Source of the DNA: Gemmatimonadales bacterium
GTDB taxonomy: Bacteria; Gemmatimonadota; Gemmatimonadetes; Gemmatimonadales; GWC2-71-9
Assembly (NCBI GenBank): GCA_035501775.1
Contig: DATJVM010000064.1
Location: 81,171 to 145,170 of the forward strand
DNA length: 64,000 nucleotides
Direction of reading: 5' to 3'
The notes below the pieces were generated by a model. It saw nothing but the letters and a program-made list of their open reading frames with translations, did no database searches and was not told the origin of the DNA. Positions within the stretch are counted from its first letter, which is position 1; every line of letters starts with the position of its first letter. The position numbers were made by a program, and so were the translations under genes. This document shows positions 62,894 through 64,000 of the stretch, piece by piece.

Positions 62894-62912
62894 TATGCAC
62901 ACGCTGTGCATA
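62894..62912. promoter_or_regulatory. Perfect inverted repeat TATGCACA-cgc-TGTGCATA
   Basis: 8-bp arms at 62894-62901 and 62905-62912. Each arm is also a one-mismatch DnaA-box-like 9-mer when extended. Confidence 0.6.
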
Positions 62913-62942
62913 TATAACAGAAGACTGGCGACACTGTCGTCA

Positions 62943-63216
62943 GTGATCTTTTCAACATTCGACAAGTCCTTCTTCGCATTGTGGGAATTGTGGTTAGCAC
63001 GCTCAGTTCAAGTGGAAAACCACCTCCGCGCGCAGCTCTTTCTGAAATCGTCGCTTCCAGTACCCTGTCCACGGTTCCGCGGATTCCACATGTGGACAAC
63101 CTCTCAAATCCACAGGCGTGGGAGACTCGGCTCGGCTGGGGACGAGCCCCCTCTGGCATTCCTTTCCGGGTGTTGAAAAGTTGCCATGACTCGTCCGCGT
63201 GACTTTTCAACAGTCG
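62943..63216. repeat. Three exact copies of CTTTTCAACA (two direct, one inverted)
   Basis: Direct copies at 62948-62957 and 63203-63212, and the inverted copy TGTTGAAAAG at 63171-63180. The direct copies sit in a longer shared context, GTGA(T)CTTTTCAACA(T/G)TCG. Confidence 0.7.
63085..63096. promoter_or_regulatory. Perfect 12-bp palindrome TCCACATGTGGA
   Basis: Read directly at 63085-63096. Formed by two abutting, convergent DnaA-box-like 9-mers (GATTCCACA / TGTGGACAA). Confidence 0.6.
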
Positions 63217-63232
63217 GGCGTGGGGCCACGAC

Positions 63233-64000
63233 ATGACTGAGGGGCTTCTGTCATGCCGCCGGCTCATCACGTTCGACTCCACTTGCCAAGGCGACGCGAT
63301 CTGGTGGGAACACGGCGCCATCCGGATGGTAGGAGACGGGCTCGAGCTGGAACGCCGAGTACCGAGCCGAGTTCCGAGGTACCACCTGCCGACAGCGCTC
63401 GTCACGCCAGGGCTGGTCGATGGGCACACCCATTTCGGCATGTGGGCCATGCAACGCGCGCGAGTCGACCTGGCCGGTGCGCGAACCTTGTCGGAGGCCC
63501 TGCGTCGGGTACGTCTGGGCCAGGCGGACCAGGGCTGGGTGCGGGGGCACGGCTGGGACGCCAACCACTGGGCGGATCCACCGGATCGGCGGGCGCTCGA
63601 CGCGGCGACCGAGGTTCCGGCTTTCCTGGAATCGATCGACGTCCACGCGGCGTGGGTCAATACCGCCGGCCTTGCCGTCGCCGGAGTGACCCGGCAGACG
63701 CCGGACCCGCCCGGTGGGAGGATCGTGCGGGATCCGGCCGGGGAGCCGACCGGGATTCTCCTGGAGCGTGCCCAAGAGCTGGTCAGGCCCCACCTGCCAC
63801 GGCCTCGGCCGGACGAGCTGCGGGCGAGGATGCGGGAAGCTCAGGCCGCCGCGCACCGGTTCGGAATCACCGGTCTGCACGATGTGGAGGGGCCCGAGGT
63901 ACTGCGAGGCTTCCGGGCGATGGAATTGGCGGAGGAGCTTCGCCTGCGGGTTCTCTTCCACCCGCCAGTCGAGCGACTCTCGACCCTGATCCGTCACCGC
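63233..64000 (+). CDS. Amidohydrolase-family (amidohydrolase_3-like, TIM-barrel metal hydrolase) protein, 3' end beyond window
   Basis: This frame is not in the supplied ORF track because it has no stop inside the window. From ATG 63233 it reads MTEGLLSCRRLITFDS...ALVTPGLVDGHTHFGMWA...GHGWDANHW...IDVHAAWVNTAGL...GRIVRDPAGEPTGILLE. The HxH metal motif is in the right place. Confidence 0.75.
   Translation, partial: MTEGLLSCRRLITFDSTCQGDAIWWEHGAIRMVGDGLELERRVPSRVPRYHLPTALVTPGLVDGHTHFGMWAMQRARVDLAGARTLSEALRRVRLGQADQGWVRGHGWDANHWADPPDRRALDAATEVPAFLESIDVHAAWVNTAGLAVAGVTRQTPDPPGGRIVRDPAGEPTGILLERAQELVRPHLPRPRPDELRARMREAQAAAHRFGITGLHDVEGPEVLRGFRAMELAEELRLRVLFHPPVERLSTLIRHR

Noticed and set aside
62895-63176. 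93-aa plus-strand ORF inside the low-GC island
   Set aside because: Its composition and codon usage are unlike the neighbouring genes, it has no motif, and it is interrupted conceptually by the palindromes and repeats. I treat the island as non-coding.
62943-63216. CRISPR-like interpretation of the repeated CTTTTCAACA motif
   Set aside because: There are only three short copies with mixed orientation and irregular spacing (213 and 22 nt), and no cas genes. It fits operators, a hairpin or MITE ends better.
63251-63997. 248-aa minus-strand ORF at the window end
   Set aside because: It is antisense to a + strand frame (from ATG 63233) that carries clear amidohydrolase motifs, including the HxH metal site.

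Overview
Dense, high-G+C chromosomal window (about two-thirds G+C by eye, not computed) from a Gram-negative-type bacterium. The gene content includes a GWxTD-like protein, a PEGA/TonB_C-tailed Ser/Thr kinase, YpdA and many FHA/kinase genes. That mix suggests a Gemmatimonadota-like lineage, but this is inference only. I call about 58 protein-coding genes, many linked by ATGA/GTGA start-stop overlaps. Order along the window: tail of the ribosomal spc operon (rpmD', rplO, secY, adk, map); housekeeping genes (trpS, purA, glyQS, priA, nrdJ, ispG); an orphan pilT; a four-gene type IV minor-pilin operon; a TonB-dependent receptor; a coupled TIGR00300-like/unknown/Fur/CcdA operon; a peptidoglycan-recycling operon (murQ-anmK-nagZ plus an SSF symporter); a large Cache/PAS/GGDEF/EAL protein; an FHA / Ser-Thr kinase / PP2C / FHA-protease cassette; an amidase, a GWxTD-like protein and a second kinase; an ABC-2 exporter; and a thiol-redox trio (CcdA, TlpA-like, peroxiredoxin). 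I recognised no rRNA, tRNA, CRISPR array, transposase or integrase. The four items most worth follow-up: (1) the phosphothreonine cassette 40174-45321, whose only obvious output is a membrane-spanning trypsin-like protease; (2) a low-GC, gene-free 416-bp island (62817-63232) full of DnaA-box-like 9-mers, perfect palindromes and an exact 10-mer present three times; (3) three translationally coupled mini-ORFs, one with a ubiquitin-like pattern, upstream of an HDAC-like gene; (4) the Fur/CcdA-containing coupled operon. All domain calls come from reading motifs by eye. No database search was run.
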